Shown piece by piece: positions 1-12,148 of a stretch of 64,000 nucleotides of DNA; within the stretch, counting starts at the first letter, position 1, and each line of letters begins with the position of its first letter. Origin of the DNA: Selaginella moellendorffii. Lineage: Eukaryota > Plantae > Lycopodiophyta. The stretch spans positions 3,617,138 to 3,681,137 of the forward strand of contig NW_003314267.1 of NCBI RefSeq assembly GCF_000143415.4, read 5' to 3'. The notes beneath the pieces were generated by a model. It was not told the origin of the DNA. It worked only from the letters and a program-made list of their open reading frames with translations, and ran no database searches. The translations under genes and the position numbers were made by a program.

Positions 1-221
1 TATAAAAACTGGCCGTCACGAGTGACGGGCGAGGGCACTCAAGACAGCGGCTCACGACAAGCGTGACGGGCATCGACGCGTCGGTGTGTTAAATGGTAGC
101 GACATAAGGTAGCGCCCGTCAAGGTCGTCTGGCACATCGTACGGACGGACGCGCCCCTGGTTCGACTCTTCTCCACGCCATTTGGAGGAGGGCATATTCC
201 ACAAGATGAGCTTGAGCTCTT

Positions 222-1659
222 ATGGCTCCTCACGCAGCGATCTTCTCCATGGATGGTCCCGGGCATTTAAATCCGATGCTGGAGCTCGCGGAGAGATTGC
301 AGCAGCAGCATGGATTCGCCATCACAGTGCTCGCCTCGCCGCTGACAGACGCTGCCCCGCTCGCGCGAAAGCATCCCAGCGTGAAGTTCGTGACAGTTCC
401 AGTTCCGGATGATCTCCTTCGCCTCGCCTGCATGGGTGATTTGTTCCGGATGGTGGATTCCATGCCAGGAGCAGTGGAAGAGGCCGTGCGCGAGCTGGAT
501 CCTCCCGCGACGATGGTGATCGCGGATGGATTCGTGGGCTGGACGCAGGACGTTGCCGACAAGCTCGGGATCGCGAGAGTGTTCTTCTGGACGGCGTCGG
601 CGGCGTGCGAGATCGTTTGCTCCAACATCCTGGAGCTCAAGTCTCGAGGCTATCTGCCAGTCAAGAGTAAGTTTGTCAAGGATGATCTTCTTTTAAAAGT
701 TGATGAGCACTTCTTCTCCAGGAAACTTGGAAGACGAGAGTGTCATCGATTTCCTGCCGGGGCTGACTGGCATGACTCGAAAGGATTTGCCGCTGGCCTT
801 CTATGACGACGACGTCTGCCTGGATTTCATTGGAAAAGCTTGCGCGAGGCGTCCAGAGGCGTTTTGCGTGCTCGCGAACACGTTCCAGGAGCTAGAACCA
901 GTGGCCATCGCCGCGATGCGCGAGAGGATGAGGTACTTTGCGATTGGGCCACTGATCCCTCGGGCTCTTCTCCGCGAAGCGCAGCTCCCCAGGGAGGATT
1001 TGCGCGATCACGACGAGCATCTCGGCTGCATGGAGTGGCTGGATCGCCAGCTTCCGGCGTCGATCCTCTACATCGCGTTTGGGAGCGTCGCAGTGCTCTC
1101 CTTCCGCCAAGTGAAGGAGATTCTCGACGCGCTGCAAGCTTCCAATCAGGCGTTCTTGTGGAGCTTCCGGAAGAACTTTGTCGTGGATGTTCCGGACAAC
1201 GATCACAAGGCCCTGGACGAGCTTCTAGATCGAGCCAAGGCCATGGAATCCAGGCTCGTGTCGTGGGCTCCCCAGCTCCACGTCCTGCGGCACCCAGCGG
1301 TGGTGGGATTCGTGACCCACTGCGGCTGGAACTCGACCATGGAGGCGATCAGCTCCGGCGTTCCAATGCTCGCGTGGCCGCGCACGTCGGAGCAAAACAT
1401 GAACTCCAAGCGCATGGTCGAGGAGTGGAAGATCGCGCTGGGCGTGAACAACCATGGCCAGGACACGGACGATCCCCCGCGAGTGATCCAGTCCCGGGAG
1501 ATCGCGAGGCTGATCGAGGAGCTCAATGGGGAAGAGGGCAAATCGATGAAGGAGAATGTGTTGCGATTGAGAGACGCGCTCCGGGCGGCGCATGGACCCG
1601 GTGGATCGGCGTGCGAGAGCTTGCGCGAATTCGCAGAGTGTTTCGCGAAGAGCCGCTAG
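222..1659 (+). CDS. Family-1 UDP-glycosyltransferase, 2 exons (intron 667-721)
   Basis: N-terminal PGHLNP catalytic His motif; PSPG box WAPQLHVLRHPAVVGFVTHCGWNSTMEAISSGVPMLAWPRTSEQ; a GT-AG phase-1 intron joins ORFs 222..806 and 700..1659 in frame. Confidence 0.93.
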
Positions 1660-1667
1660 TCTACGCT

Positions 1668-1718
1668 AGTCAAACGCTCAGTCAAACTCTTACTCAAAAC
1701 GCTTAGTCAAACGGTCAA
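1668..1718. promoter_or_regulatory. Four W-boxes (RGTCAA = TTGACY on minus strand) upstream of the second UGT
   Basis: AGTCAA at 1668, 1680 and 1705 and GGTCAA at 1713, within a 105-bp intergenic gap. Confidence 0.5.
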
Positions 1719-1764
1719 TGTTATTTAAACCTTCCTCGCAAGAGCCCTAAGTTGAGATTCGTCC

Positions 1765-3281
1765 ATGGCGGAACAGCACGCCGTGGTTGTGGCTTATCCA
1801 GGGCAAGGCCACATCAATCCGCTGATGCAGCTCTCCCTGCGCCTGGCGAGCTCCATGGGATTCTTCGTCACCTTCGTCACGACGAGGGGCAACCACGAGA
1901 GCATTCTAGCGGCGTGGGAACGGCAGGGCGTGGCGCCGCCGTGGGAGCGCGGCCTCTCCATCCAAATGCGCCCCATCCCCGACGATGTGCTCCCGCCGCG
2001 CTCCATGGGCGGGATCTTCCACTTCCTCGAGGGCGTCAAGAAGCTCGGTCCCGGACTGGAGGAGCTCATGGAGGCACTGGCCAAGGACCCTAGCATGCCG
2101 CCGGTGTCGTGCGTCGTATCGGATGCGTTCTTGCTGTGGGCGGCGGGAGTGGCGCGCCGATTTGGAGTGCCCTGGGTGATGTACTTCCCCTTGCCGGTCT
2201 TGGCGTTCCTGATTTACCACCATGCTAGTGCTACCGAGGTCCTCTCATCTCGCGATCCAGGTAATCGAGATTTCGGAGCATAGAGCGAGTAGATTCGTGT
2301 TCTTGACAGTGAGCGAAAAACTAATACGCATCCTTGTGGCCAGAATGCGAGGATCTTATCGAGTGCCCGGGCGTGATCCCGCTGCATCCACTGGAGTTGC
2401 CATCGCTCGTCTGCAATCCCCAGGACACGACTCACGAGCTACTGCGAGGGATGAGCGATGGCGCGAGGAACAGCGCTGCTTGGGTCTTCTTCAACACTTG
2501 CCCCGCGCTGGAGCAGCCGCTCATCGATGCGGCGAGGGAGCAGGGGTTTGATAGGTTCGTACCAGTCGCACCACTGCTCCCACCCAGCTTCCTCGGACTA
2601 GGCGACCTGGATCATCGATCATCGCCCCAGGAGTTTTTCACGAGCTCGCTCTGGGAGCAAGATCTCAGCTGCCTCGATTGGCTCGATCGCCAGCCGCCAC
2701 GATCCGTGCTCTACATCTCCTTCGGCAGCATAGCGGCGATGAATTTCTCGCAGCTGGAAGTCCTGCTCGGTGGATTGCTCGACCTTGGCGAGAGATTCCT
2801 GTGGGTGCTTCGCCCGGATCTCGTCTCGGACATGGGAGAGGAAGATCACGCACGATTCCTTGACAGGGCGAAAGATCTGGGCCTCGTCGTTCGCTGGGCG
2901 CCGCAACTCCAGGTCCTCCGCCATGGATCAACCGCGGCCTTCCTCACTCACTGCGGATGGAATTCCACGTTTGAAAGCATTTGCGCTGGAGTGCCGACGA
3001 TCTGCCAGCCCTGCTTCGCGGAGCAAAAGGCCAACGCCAAGTACGTCGTGGAGGTGTGGAAGACGGGCGTGAAGCTCGCAAAGGGTCATCGCGGAGATTT
3101 CTCCAAAGAGGACGTGCTGCGCGCCATAAGCGCGGTGATGGGCGGTGGCGAGCAGACCGATTCGATCCGGAAGAGAGCCGCGGATCTGCGCGATGCGTGC
3201 CGGAAGGATTTCCAAGAGATGAGCGGGCTCAAGGCATTCGCGGCCGATCTCCTCGCCAAGAACAAGAGCGCGGAATTCTGA
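1765..3281 (+). CDS. Family-1 UDP-glycosyltransferase, 2 exons (intron 2261-2343)
   Basis: YPGQGHINP; PSPG box WAPQ...THCGWNSTFES...FAEQ; phase-1 GT-AG intron restores the frame. Confidence 0.93.
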
Positions 3282-3367
3282 ACGGCTAAGATCGAACCCA
3301 AGATATCCGACGGTTCCGTTTAAATAAGTGAATATGCTGCGGCATTTAGGGTTCTTGAGCTTGATGG

Positions 3368-4981
3368 ATGCGAAGAGCGTGTAGCGGCGAGCACATCTAC
3401 CCCCAGCTTTGTTCTCTTGCACAGCGCTGCGGCAAAGATCCGGCGGCAGCCAAGTGGGTTCACTCGCAGATCGTCGCCTGCGGCTATGGAAGCGATCGAT
3501 TTCTGGGGAATCTCGTCGTACAGATGTATGGCGGCTGCGGGCGCGTGGAGGACGCGATGGATGCGTTCCGCCGGATCCAGCAGCCCAATGTCTTCTCTTG
3601 GGCGATTCTGGCGGCGGCACTGCTGCACAGCGATCGGCTCCGAGAGGGCCGCGAGGTTTTCTCGCGAATGCCGCAGCACAATGTGGTGTCGACCACGGCG
3701 ATGCTCGCCGCGCTCGTCTCGGCCGGGCTGATGGAGCAGGCAATGGCGGTGTTTGCGAGCATGAAGGAAAGGAATGCCGTGACATGGACTGCGCTTGTTA
3801 CCGGATTCAGCGATGGTGCTGCCGCGCTCGAGGCGTTTGGAAAAATGCCGCAGTGGGATTGCGTGGCGCTAAACGCAATGCTCGCTGCAAATTTCCAAGA
3901 AGGGCATTTTGGCATGACGAAAGATTGTTTCGATAGGATGCCATGGAAGAACGAGGTGTCGTGGAACACGATCTTAGATGCTTTCTCGCAACGAGGTCTG
4001 ATCTTTTCAATCTTGGAGAAGTTCTGGAGAATGCCAATGTGGACTATTGTTTCGTGGAACACTATGATCGCGGCATTTGCCAGAGTGGGGGATATGTATA
4101 ACGCAAAGAAATCTTTTGACACCGCTCCAGAGCGCGACCTGATCTCCTGGAACAGTCTCTTGGAAGCGTGTAGTAACATCGACGAGTCGAGGAAAGTGTT
4201 CGATCTTTCGCCCAAGTGGAGCTCGGCAACTTGGAGCTCTATGATCGTGGCACTTGCACAAAGCAATCGCGTCAAAGAAGGCGTGGAGCTCCTGCTTCGC
4301 GCGGCGATGGAGCTCGAGGGATTCCATCCCGAGCCCGGCACTCTCACCGCTCTCATCACCGCCTGCACCACCACCGGGTCACTCGAGCAGGGAAGAATCC
4401 TCCACGAGTTCCTCGGCAATTCAATCGCTTGCGACGATTCCCACGGGCTTTCTCTGGCGAGCGTGATGCTCCGCATGTATAGCGAGTGTGGATGCCTCGA
4501 GGGGGCCGAGCTCGTCTTCTCGTCCATGCCGGAGCAGGATCTCGACTTGGTCGCGTGGAGCTCTATGATCTGTGCGTACGCCCATCACGGACAGGGCGAG
4601 CGAGCGCTGGATCTCTTCCGGGCTATGAGCGCCGCCGGAGTGGAGCCCGACGATGTGGTATTCGTGAGCATCATTTCGGCTTGCAGCCACAGTGGTCTAC
4701 TCCATCACAGCCGGGTGTTCTTCCACTTGATGGCTGGGGAGTTTTCGATCGCGGCAGGGCTGGATCAGTACAAGAGCATCGTCGATGCACTGGGCCGCGC
4801 GGGAATGATCGAGCTAGCTCTCGAGCTCTTGCAAACCATGCCTTTCTTCCCGGATAGAAGCTCTTGGACGGCGTTTCTAGGGGCGTGTAATAGCCATAGA
4901 AGGAATGTGAGCGTGGATGTGGAGCTCGAGGGGCTTAGCGGTGCGCTCTACGTGCTCCTGGCCAACTCGAAGCTTTGTTAA
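3368..4981 (+). CDS. PLS-class pentatricopeptide repeat protein with partial E domain, no DYW
   Basis: Intronless 537-aa ORF with repeated F..MP..(N/D)VVSWN motifs and FVSIISACSHSGL...IVDALGRAG...MPFFPD..W..FLGAC. Confidence 0.9.
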   Translation: MRRACSGEHIYPQLCSLAQRCGKDPAAAKWVHSQIVACGYGSDRFLGNLVVQMYGGCGRVEDAMDAFRRIQQPNVFSWAILAAALLHSDRLREGREVFSRMPQHNVVSTTAMLAALVSAGLMEQAMAVFASMKERNAVTWTALVTGFSDGAAALEAFGKMPQWDCVALNAMLAANFQEGHFGMTKDCFDRMPWKNEVSWNTILDAFSQRGLIFSILEKFWRMPMWTIVSWNTMIAAFARVGDMYNAKKSFDTAPERDLISWNSLLEACSNIDESRKVFDLSPKWSSATWSSMIVALAQSNRVKEGVELLLRAAMELEGFHPEPGTLTALITACTTTGSLEQGRILHEFLGNSIACDDSHGLSLASVMLRMYSECGCLEGAELVFSSMPEQDLDLVAWSSMICAYAHHGQGERALDLFRAMSAAGVEPDDVVFVSIISACSHSGLLHHSRVFFHLMAGEFSIAAGLDQYKSIVDALGRAGMIELALELLQTMPFFPDRSSWTAFLGACNSHRRNVSVDVELEGLSGALYVLLANSKLC

Positions 4982-5299
4982 TATTCTTAAGAATATGCTT
5001 TTCGATAAAGCTTTCTGAGGATATTCTAAGATGCTTTGCTAGGAGCATATGCTTTTCGATAATATGCTAAGATGCTTATATTGATCTAGGTTTAGGGCTA
5101 ACAGGGGAGCGAAGGCGCGCGCGATCGAGACAAAATGCGGCCGACACCGATGTAAGTTCTCCTCGATTCTATTCCCGATCGCGTGTTCCGGATGGATCCG
5201 CGGGCGAAATCTCCCCTCCATATTTCCTTGAAAGATTTCGCTCTTGTAGGATCGCGGCGCCGCCGCTGATTTCGTGTTTCCAGCGATGATCTGCGGGAC

Positions 5300-6814
5300 A
5301 TGGACGCGAATGGAGGCGGCGATCGGCCGCATGCGGTGGTATTCCCGTTTCCATCGCTGGGCCACATCATCCCGATGATGCATCTCTCCTGCCGGTTGGA
5401 AGCGCTGGGGTTTCTCATCACTTTCGTCAACACGGAGCACAACCATCTCCGGATCCTTCACGCATGGAGGGCGAGACGAATCCCGCTGCCGGAGGAGCAC
5501 GAAGTTCACATCAATATGGTGGGGCTGCCCGACGCCAACATGCCTTCTCTCGAGACTATCAACGTGTTTGAGGCGATCATGTCCACAGACAGGCTCCGCG
5601 GCGCTTTTGAGAGAATGATCGGCAAGCTGGTGGAGAGCCAGAGCTGTCCTCCAGTTTGTATCATCGCAGATGGATTTCTTTCTTGGACTCAAGACATTGC
5701 TCAGGAGTTTAGTCTACAGTGGGCCGTGTTCTGGGCATCGTCCGCGGCAACGAGCTTGATCTCTATGCACATTCCCGACTTGATGGAAAGAGGCCTCGCT
5801 CCTTTGAAAGGTACGTTTCCCTCTTTTCTCTTTTGTTTCTCTTTATTGAGTTTGTTTTCCTTTGCAGCTGAAAACGAGCATAGCTACATTTCGTTCATAG
5901 ACGGTATGCCAACAATATCTTCCAGTGATCTCCCGACTTCCATCGCCAGGCAGGATCAATATGATCCTGGTTTTAGGCATAGAATCGAGAGGATACAACG
6001 TGTGAAGCGAGCCGACTGGATCTTTGCTAATACTTTCATGGCTCTGGAGCACAACGAGCTCCGGGCCATGCAAGGGCGGGTCCAGAACAAGCTCCTCCCA
6101 GTTGGTCCGGTTCTCTCGCTTGGGTTCTTAGAAATAAGTGACGGAACGGCAGATATCGAGATCACCATCGATGATTCTGTGGAAGACGACAGGTGTATAG
6201 ACTGGCTAGACAGACAAGGAGCTCTTTCGGTGCTGTATGTCTCTTTTGGCAGCATCGCTCATCTCTCTGGACGGCAGCTGGAACAGGTCGCTCAAGGATT
6301 GGAGGCTTGCTCTTACCCGTTTCTGTGGGTGATACGGAACGAGCTGGTCCAGACTATGTCAGCTGACGTTCGAAACGCTTTCACGGAGAAAGTTAGAGGC
6401 CGCAGTCTCGTGATTCCATCAGCTCCGGCTCGCGTGCTCAAACATCCTTCATTGGGAGCTTTCGTGACGCACTGCGGATGGAATTCTACGCTGGAAGGCA
6501 TCAGCGTGGGGCTTCCAATGCTGTGCTGGCCGTGCTTCGCTGACCAGATGCTAAACTGCCGCTACATCGTCAAGGAGTGGAGAATAGGAATCGAGTTTGC
6601 GAAGGCAGCAACTGGTTTGGTGGACAAGTCAGAAGTTGAAAGGGTGGTGAGGGCGGTGTTAGAGGGAGACCAAGGTCGGCAGATCAGGCGAAGGATTCGC
6701 TCCTTGAGAGACGCCGCAAGAACTGCATTGATGGCCGGGGGACTTTCACGAAAAAGTTTGGAAGAGTTCGCAGAGGCTATGAAGTCTGAGATGCGATCCA
6801 GCTTTTTTTTCTAG
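5300..6814 (+). CDS. Family-1 UDP-glycosyltransferase (probable in-frame intron 5811-5867); atypical PSPG box start
   Basis: FPSLGHIIP; THCGWNSTLEG...FADQ; a 57-nt GT..pyrimidine tract..CAG segment at the conserved UGT intron site. Confidence 0.92.
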   Translation: MDANGGGDRPHAVVFPFPSLGHIIPMMHLSCRLEALGFLITFVNTEHNHLRILHAWRARRIPLPEEHEVHINMVGLPDANMPSLETINVFEAIMSTDRLRGAFERMIGKLVESQSCPPVCIIADGFLSWTQDIAQEFSLQWAVFWASSAATSLISMHIPDLMERGLAPLKGTFPSFLFCFSLLSLFSFAAENEHSYISFIDGMPTISSSDLPTSIARQDQYDPGFRHRIERIQRVKRADWIFANTFMALEHNELRAMQGRVQNKLLPVGPVLSLGFLEISDGTADIEITIDDSVEDDRCIDWLDRQGALSVLYVSFGSIAHLSGRQLEQVAQGLEACSYPFLWVIRNELVQTMSADVRNAFTEKVRGRSLVIPSAPARVLKHPSLGAFVTHCGWNSTLEGISVGLPMLCWPCFADQMLNCRYIVKEWRIGIEFAKAATGLVDKSEVERVVRAVLEGDQGRQIRRRIRSLRDAARTALMAGGLSRKSLEEFAEAMKSEMRSSFFF

Positions 6815-6869
6815 CCTGTCTACTGGCATGGCGGAATGGGGGGCTGACAACCATGTTACTTCGACTTAA

Positions 6870-8368
6870 CTATACCAATCGTTTTGAGATCAAGTCAACA
6901 AAGGCGGACAAGTTCCTATCGGATGACCCACCTTCTGTCACGGTACTTCTAATCTCATTTCTAAGTTCTATGGCTCTTTTCCTGATTTCTTTTCCAGGAT
7001 CTTCCACCATGAGCCGCCTGATCACTTGATGAACCACCTCCTTGCTCGCCACACCGTGACAGGAGCCTCGGAAAAAGCTCAGCCCGACCTTCCAGTCGTC
7101 GACGATGATCTTACAGTTGAGATGTTGCTCGGCGAAGCAAGGCCAGCATAGCAAAGGAACTCCACTGCAGACGGCTTCTAAGGTGGAATTCCACCCGCAG
7201 TGCGTCAGAAAGCCTCCAACGGACGGATGCTTGAGAACTTGAAGCTGCGGTGCCCAGGAAATCACCAGTCCCTGCGACTTAGTCCTCACGACGAAGTCCT
7301 CGCAGAAGTTAGGAGCTTCAGACTCGCTCACAAGGTTCGGCCTCATCACCCACAGGAATGGCTGCCCGCTCGATTCGAGGCCTAGAGCCAACTTCTCTAT
7401 CTGGTTCGCTTTCAACGTCGCCATGCTTCCGAAAGACACGTATAGGACCGACCTCGGCTCTCTCTCGTCGAGCCAGCTCAAGCAGTGCATATCTTCCTTC
7501 CAAACTCCTTCGGCCGACACAGTGTTCTCATCAGCTGGATGGTCAGACAAGAACGAGCTGGGTAGCAGGGGCCCGATGGTCAAGAACTTTGCGGGACGAA
7601 GAAGCTCCTGGATGGCAGCAACGACCTTGCGCTCCAGCTCCTCGACGGTATTCAGGAAGATGCAAGCTGCCTCCTTGTTCCGGGAGAAAATGCGAGATCT
7701 TCGCTCGAGCCCCTCGGGGGTGGAAGTAAGCAGGGAGGATGGGATATCTTTGATGGAAAGACTGTCGATCCCAGGGATGAAGTCGATGACAGAGTCCGGA
7801 TCACTCGTCTCTGGCTCACACAGCAACAGCGACATTGTCAAGCGGCAGAATTTCTCCTCTCAATCAAGCACAGACCTGTGAAAGGTAGCATGCCTCGGGA
7901 GATCAGTTGAGGGAGATTGCAATTGATGAGAAAAGTCGCTGCCGAGGCGGTCCACATAGCAATTCTGGGGAGCTTGAGCCTGTCCGCAAGATCTTGGCCC
8001 ATCTCGACGAAGGAATCCAGCAGGATGCAGCAGATTGGAGAGCTCCAAACTCCATCGCCACCGAGTCCCGAGATGAAGGCAGCGAGATTGTCCTCGGCCT
8101 CCTCGAGAGCGTCTAGAACGGCAGAGAGTTGGCTCGTGCTCGGCAGGCCAGCGATGTGGCTGATCTCCAAGACGCTGGGAGGGAGTGGAAGGACGCGGAC
8201 GTGTGGATTGGGGGAGCGCTGCATGCGATGGACGTCTTGCTGTGGAACTAGGAGCGTGGTGATGAGATCTGGGCCGCAGAGACGAGCCAAGAGGTGGAGG
8301 AGGGGATTGATGTGGCCTTGGAGTGGCAACGGAAGCGCTACTATGTGCAAAAGAGATGCTGCTGCCAT
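6870..8368 (-). CDS. Family-1 UDP-glycosyltransferase, 2 exons (intron 7811-7875)
   Basis: LPLQGHINP; WAPQLQVLKHPSVGGFLTHCGWNSTLE...FAEQ. Confidence 0.92.
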
Positions 8369-9027
8369 GGTCGCCAACAAAATTCCAACCTAGGTTCTTT
8401 GTCTATGACAATGTAAAATATATTCTTTTTTAATTTTATTATTTATACAATTGTTTTTGTCTGGATATTTTATCATGCAGGGTAAATATTCATAATACCT
8501 ATTTTTTCATTTATGTTGCTCATGAGATTTCAAAATTAATTTCATTCTTTATTAAAATAATATTTCTTTGATAAGCTGTTCAAAAAGATCAGTTGTTATT
8601 TTTTACTTAGAAAATTTAAATAAACATTATATTATATAATATAAAGATGGTCTATAGTTCGATTCGGTTGTCTGTCGTTTTTCCTTGGCCAGCTGTTTCG
8701 CTGTTTAGCACTTTTTTTCTTGGTATGATGATGGAAACAAGACAGCAGCCATTCAGTTCTCTCTTTGATCGTGTACACACAAGCACTAAGCAAATGGATT
8801 CCAGGCTTTCTAAGGCTTTTGCCAGGCCAGAATTTCCATCCTCGTCCTCAAGGCACCAAGCAATGGAAGAGTAGCAAAGGTGAAGAACTTTCAATCTTCT
8901 CACATTTTGGGTGGTAGCTTATAAGTTGACGATAGCACAATGTGGAGCACTGGATCCATGCCTTCGTCGTGAGAGCACACAAGAAGTAAAAGCTTGAGAA
9001 CTGTTTAGCTTTTCCTTTTCTCCGTCA

Positions 9028-10551
9028 ATGGGCTCTTCGACTGGTGCCAGGAGGCTCGCTCCTCACGCAGCGGTTCTTCCCATTCCAACCCAAGGCCACA
9101 TCTCCCCACTCCTCCACCTCTCAAGAGCTCTGGCCTCGCGAGGCTTCGGCATAACTTTCATCAACACGGAGGCCAACCAGCGGGACTTGAAGAACATCGT
9201 TTCGAAGGAGAGCTATGGCTGTGGTGGCGGCATTCGCTTCGAGACGGTCCCGGGCATCCAAGCGAGCGACGTCGACTTGGCGGTCCCGGAGAAGCGGCGG
9301 ATGTTCTCCGAGGCAGTGATGGAGATGCAGGCTCCAGTGGAGAGCTTGCTCATCAGGAACATGGCCAGAGACGATGATCTCGTTCCTCCGGTCTCGTGCT
9401 TCGTCTCGGATATGTTCTTCCCGTGGTCCGCGGAAGTAACAAGAAGGATTGGAATCCCAGAGGTCAAGTTCTGGACTGCCAGTGCCTCTTGCGTTTTGCT
9501 CGAGTGCGCGGTTCCGCAAATGTTGGAGAAGGGAGACATTCCAGTCCAAGGTAAAGCTTGAGGCACTTCTTTCTTTTTTCCCTTTCCTTCTTTCGAGAAG
9601 CTCTAACGTGTTCCGCCAGATCGTTCCATTGAGAAGTGCATAACTTACGTAGACGGCTTGTCACCACTACCAATGTGGAGCCTCCCGGGCGACTTTTCTG
9701 CCAGTGACGACGACCCGGGATTCGCTGGCAAGTGCGCTAGAGCCAAGATCTTCGCCACAACGTCGTGGGTTTTGATAAACTCGTTCGAAGAACTCGAGGG
9801 CAGTGCCACCTTCCAAGCTTTCCGAGACATCTCTCCCAAAACAATCGCAGTGGGTCCTGTTTTCACCATGATCCCCGGCTCCGAACCACGCAACAGTGCC
9901 CTGTGGGAGGAAGACACCGAGAGTTTATCCTGGCTCGGCAAGCAAAGTCCCGGCTCGGTTCTCTACATTTCCTTGGGCAGCATCGCGACTCTCAGCTTCG
10001 ATCAGTTCAAGGAGTTCTCCGAGGGACTGAGGCTTCTCCAGCGTCCGTTTATCTGGGCCATCCGACCCAAGTCGGTCAACGGCATGGAGCCCGAGTTCCT
10101 GGAGCGTTTCAAGGAGACCGTGAGGAGCTTCGGACTGGTTGTGAGCTGGGCTCCTCAGGTGGACATCCTCCGCCACCCTTCCACGGCTGGATTTCTCAGT
10201 CACTGCGGCTGGAACTCCATCCTCGAGAGCGTAGCATCCGCGGTGCCCATGCTTTGCTGGCCGTGCGTCGCGGAGCAGAATCTAAACTGCAAGTTGATAG
10301 TGGAGGACTGGAAGATCGGTCTCAAGTTCTCGAACATGACGAGGTCGGATCCTCGCGACGTGGTGGTGGCGAGGGACGAGTTTGTGGAGGTGGTGGAGCG
10401 ATTCATGGGAGCTGACAGTGAGCATTTGAGGATTAACGTCAAGAAGCTGAGCGAGGAGGCTCGTAGGGCAGTGTCTAGAGGTGGCTCCTCGTATGAAAAC
10501 CTGGAGAGATTTGCCGAAGTAATGAAGACTTTCTTACATACCATAAACTAA
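9028..10551 (+). CDS. Family-1 UDP-glycosyltransferase, 'B-type' paralog in inverted orientation (intron 9551-9619)
   Basis: PTQGHISP; PSPG box ...SHCGWNSILES...VAEQ; very similar to the minus-strand copies at 12149, 14955 and 17709. Confidence 0.93.
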
Positions 10552-10585
10552 GCAAACTATTCTCAAACATATTGGAATAAAATTA

Positions 10586-12029
10586 TTATTTTAGTGACAA
10601 GATAAAATTTTCCAGATTTTTGTATGAAGAGCCTCCCACACACACTGCTTTTCTAGCTTCTTCACTCAGCTTCTTTGCATTACTCCTCATGTATTGCGCA
10701 ATACCATTGTCATCTTCCATCAATTTCTTCACCACCTTTTGAAATTCATCCCTCACCACAAGCTTCCCAGATCCCACATTGGAAAATCGCAATCCAATCT
10801 TCCAATCTTCCACCACCAACTTGCAATTCAGATTTTGCTCCGCAACGCAAGGATGGCAGATCATAGGCACACCAGCAGCCATGCTTTCCAGCACAGAATT
10901 CCATCCACAGTGAGTGAAAAATCCCCCAATAGAAGCATGCTGGAGAACTTCTCGCTGGGGAGCCCAAGTTATAACTCGCCCAAAACTTCTTACTCTCTCT
11001 TTGAGCGGTTCCAGAAACTCGGGCTCCATACCCGGCACAGACTTTGGACGAATCCCCCATAGAAATGGCCTCTGGAGCTCTTCCAGCCCTGCCGCTATCT
11101 CTTTAGCTTGTTCCAAGCTCAGGGTGGCGATGCTACCAAGAGCTATGTAGAGCACGGATCTTTCTTCTTGCTCGTTGAGCCATGCTAAGCACTCGTTGTC
11201 TTCCTTCCAGAGGCTTGCATTTTTCATGGATGGTGAAGATAGAAACGCGGGACCTATAGGTATTATCCTTGGGATGTAATCTCTCACGGCCTCAAGCGCG
11301 CCACCTTCGAGCTCCTCGAAAGTGTTGGCCAGGAACCAAGAATTCTGGGGGATGTTTTTTAGCCTCTCGTACCTGCGAGCGAAACTTGGATCATCCCTGA
11401 AAGCAAAAACCCGGGGAAGACTCCACACAGGCAATGGTGACAAGCCACGCACGTACTCGATGGATTTGTCCATAGAGAAATCTGGAAGAAACCATGGAAA
11501 AGAAAATAAGTAAGGAACCATGGTTGATAATCATACCTTCGACGGGTATGTCTCCTCTCTCCAAGAGCAAGGGAATGGAAAAATCCAGAAGAACACAAGC
11601 AGCACTCGTAGGCCAGAAGTAAACGCTTGGAACTCCGATTCTGGCCGCCAGATCTCTCATCCAGGGGAACAACTCGGAGACGATGCACGAAACAGGGGGG
11701 CCCTTGGCGATGATCTTCTCTCGTAGCAGCCTCTCCACTGGCGCTTCCATGTCGAGAATAGCCCGGTAGAAGATCTGGCGATTCTCGAGCTGGGTCAAGT
11801 CGAGGCCGTGGTGACCCGCCTCCAGCCCGGGGAAGGTCTCGAAGCGAATGCCCTCGACGCCATCTCCCAGCATTTCCTTGATGCTGTCTTGATTGGCCTC
11901 CGTGTTGATGAAAGTGATGAGGATGGATCCATGAGAAGCGAGTGCTTGGCAGAGATGCAAGAGTGGAGAGATGTGGCCTTGAACTGGGAGAGGAACGGCG
12001 ACAACATGAGGTGTGATCTTGGAACCCAT
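10586..12029 (-). CDS. Family-1 UDP-glycosyltransferase, 'A-type' (intron 11482-11536)
   Basis: LPVQGHISP; WAPQREVLQHASIGGFFTHCGWNSVLES...VAEQ. Confidence 0.92.
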
Positions 12030-12056
12030 TATACGCGTGCTTATCTCGTCTTTCCA

Positions 12057-12059
<3 letters not shown>

Positions 12060-12097
<38 letters not shown>
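12060..12097. repeat. (GA)n microsatellite, CT-rich on the sense strand of the A-type UGT leader
   Basis: About 18-19 GA units read directly. Confidence 0.95.
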
Positions 12098-12100
<3 letters not shown>

Positions 12101-12148
12101 ATATCGAGGGTAGTATATTCTTGAATAGAGTTGACTTTGGATCAAAGT

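Noticed and set aside
840-4527. Long alternative-frame and antisense ORFs over the UGT and PPR genes (e.g. 840..1706, 2928..3785, 3484..4527)
   Set aside because: Shadow ORFs of GC-rich coding DNA with no recognisable motifs
8647-8903. Short ORFs between the divergent UGTs
   Set aside because: No recognisable domain; AT-rich promoter region
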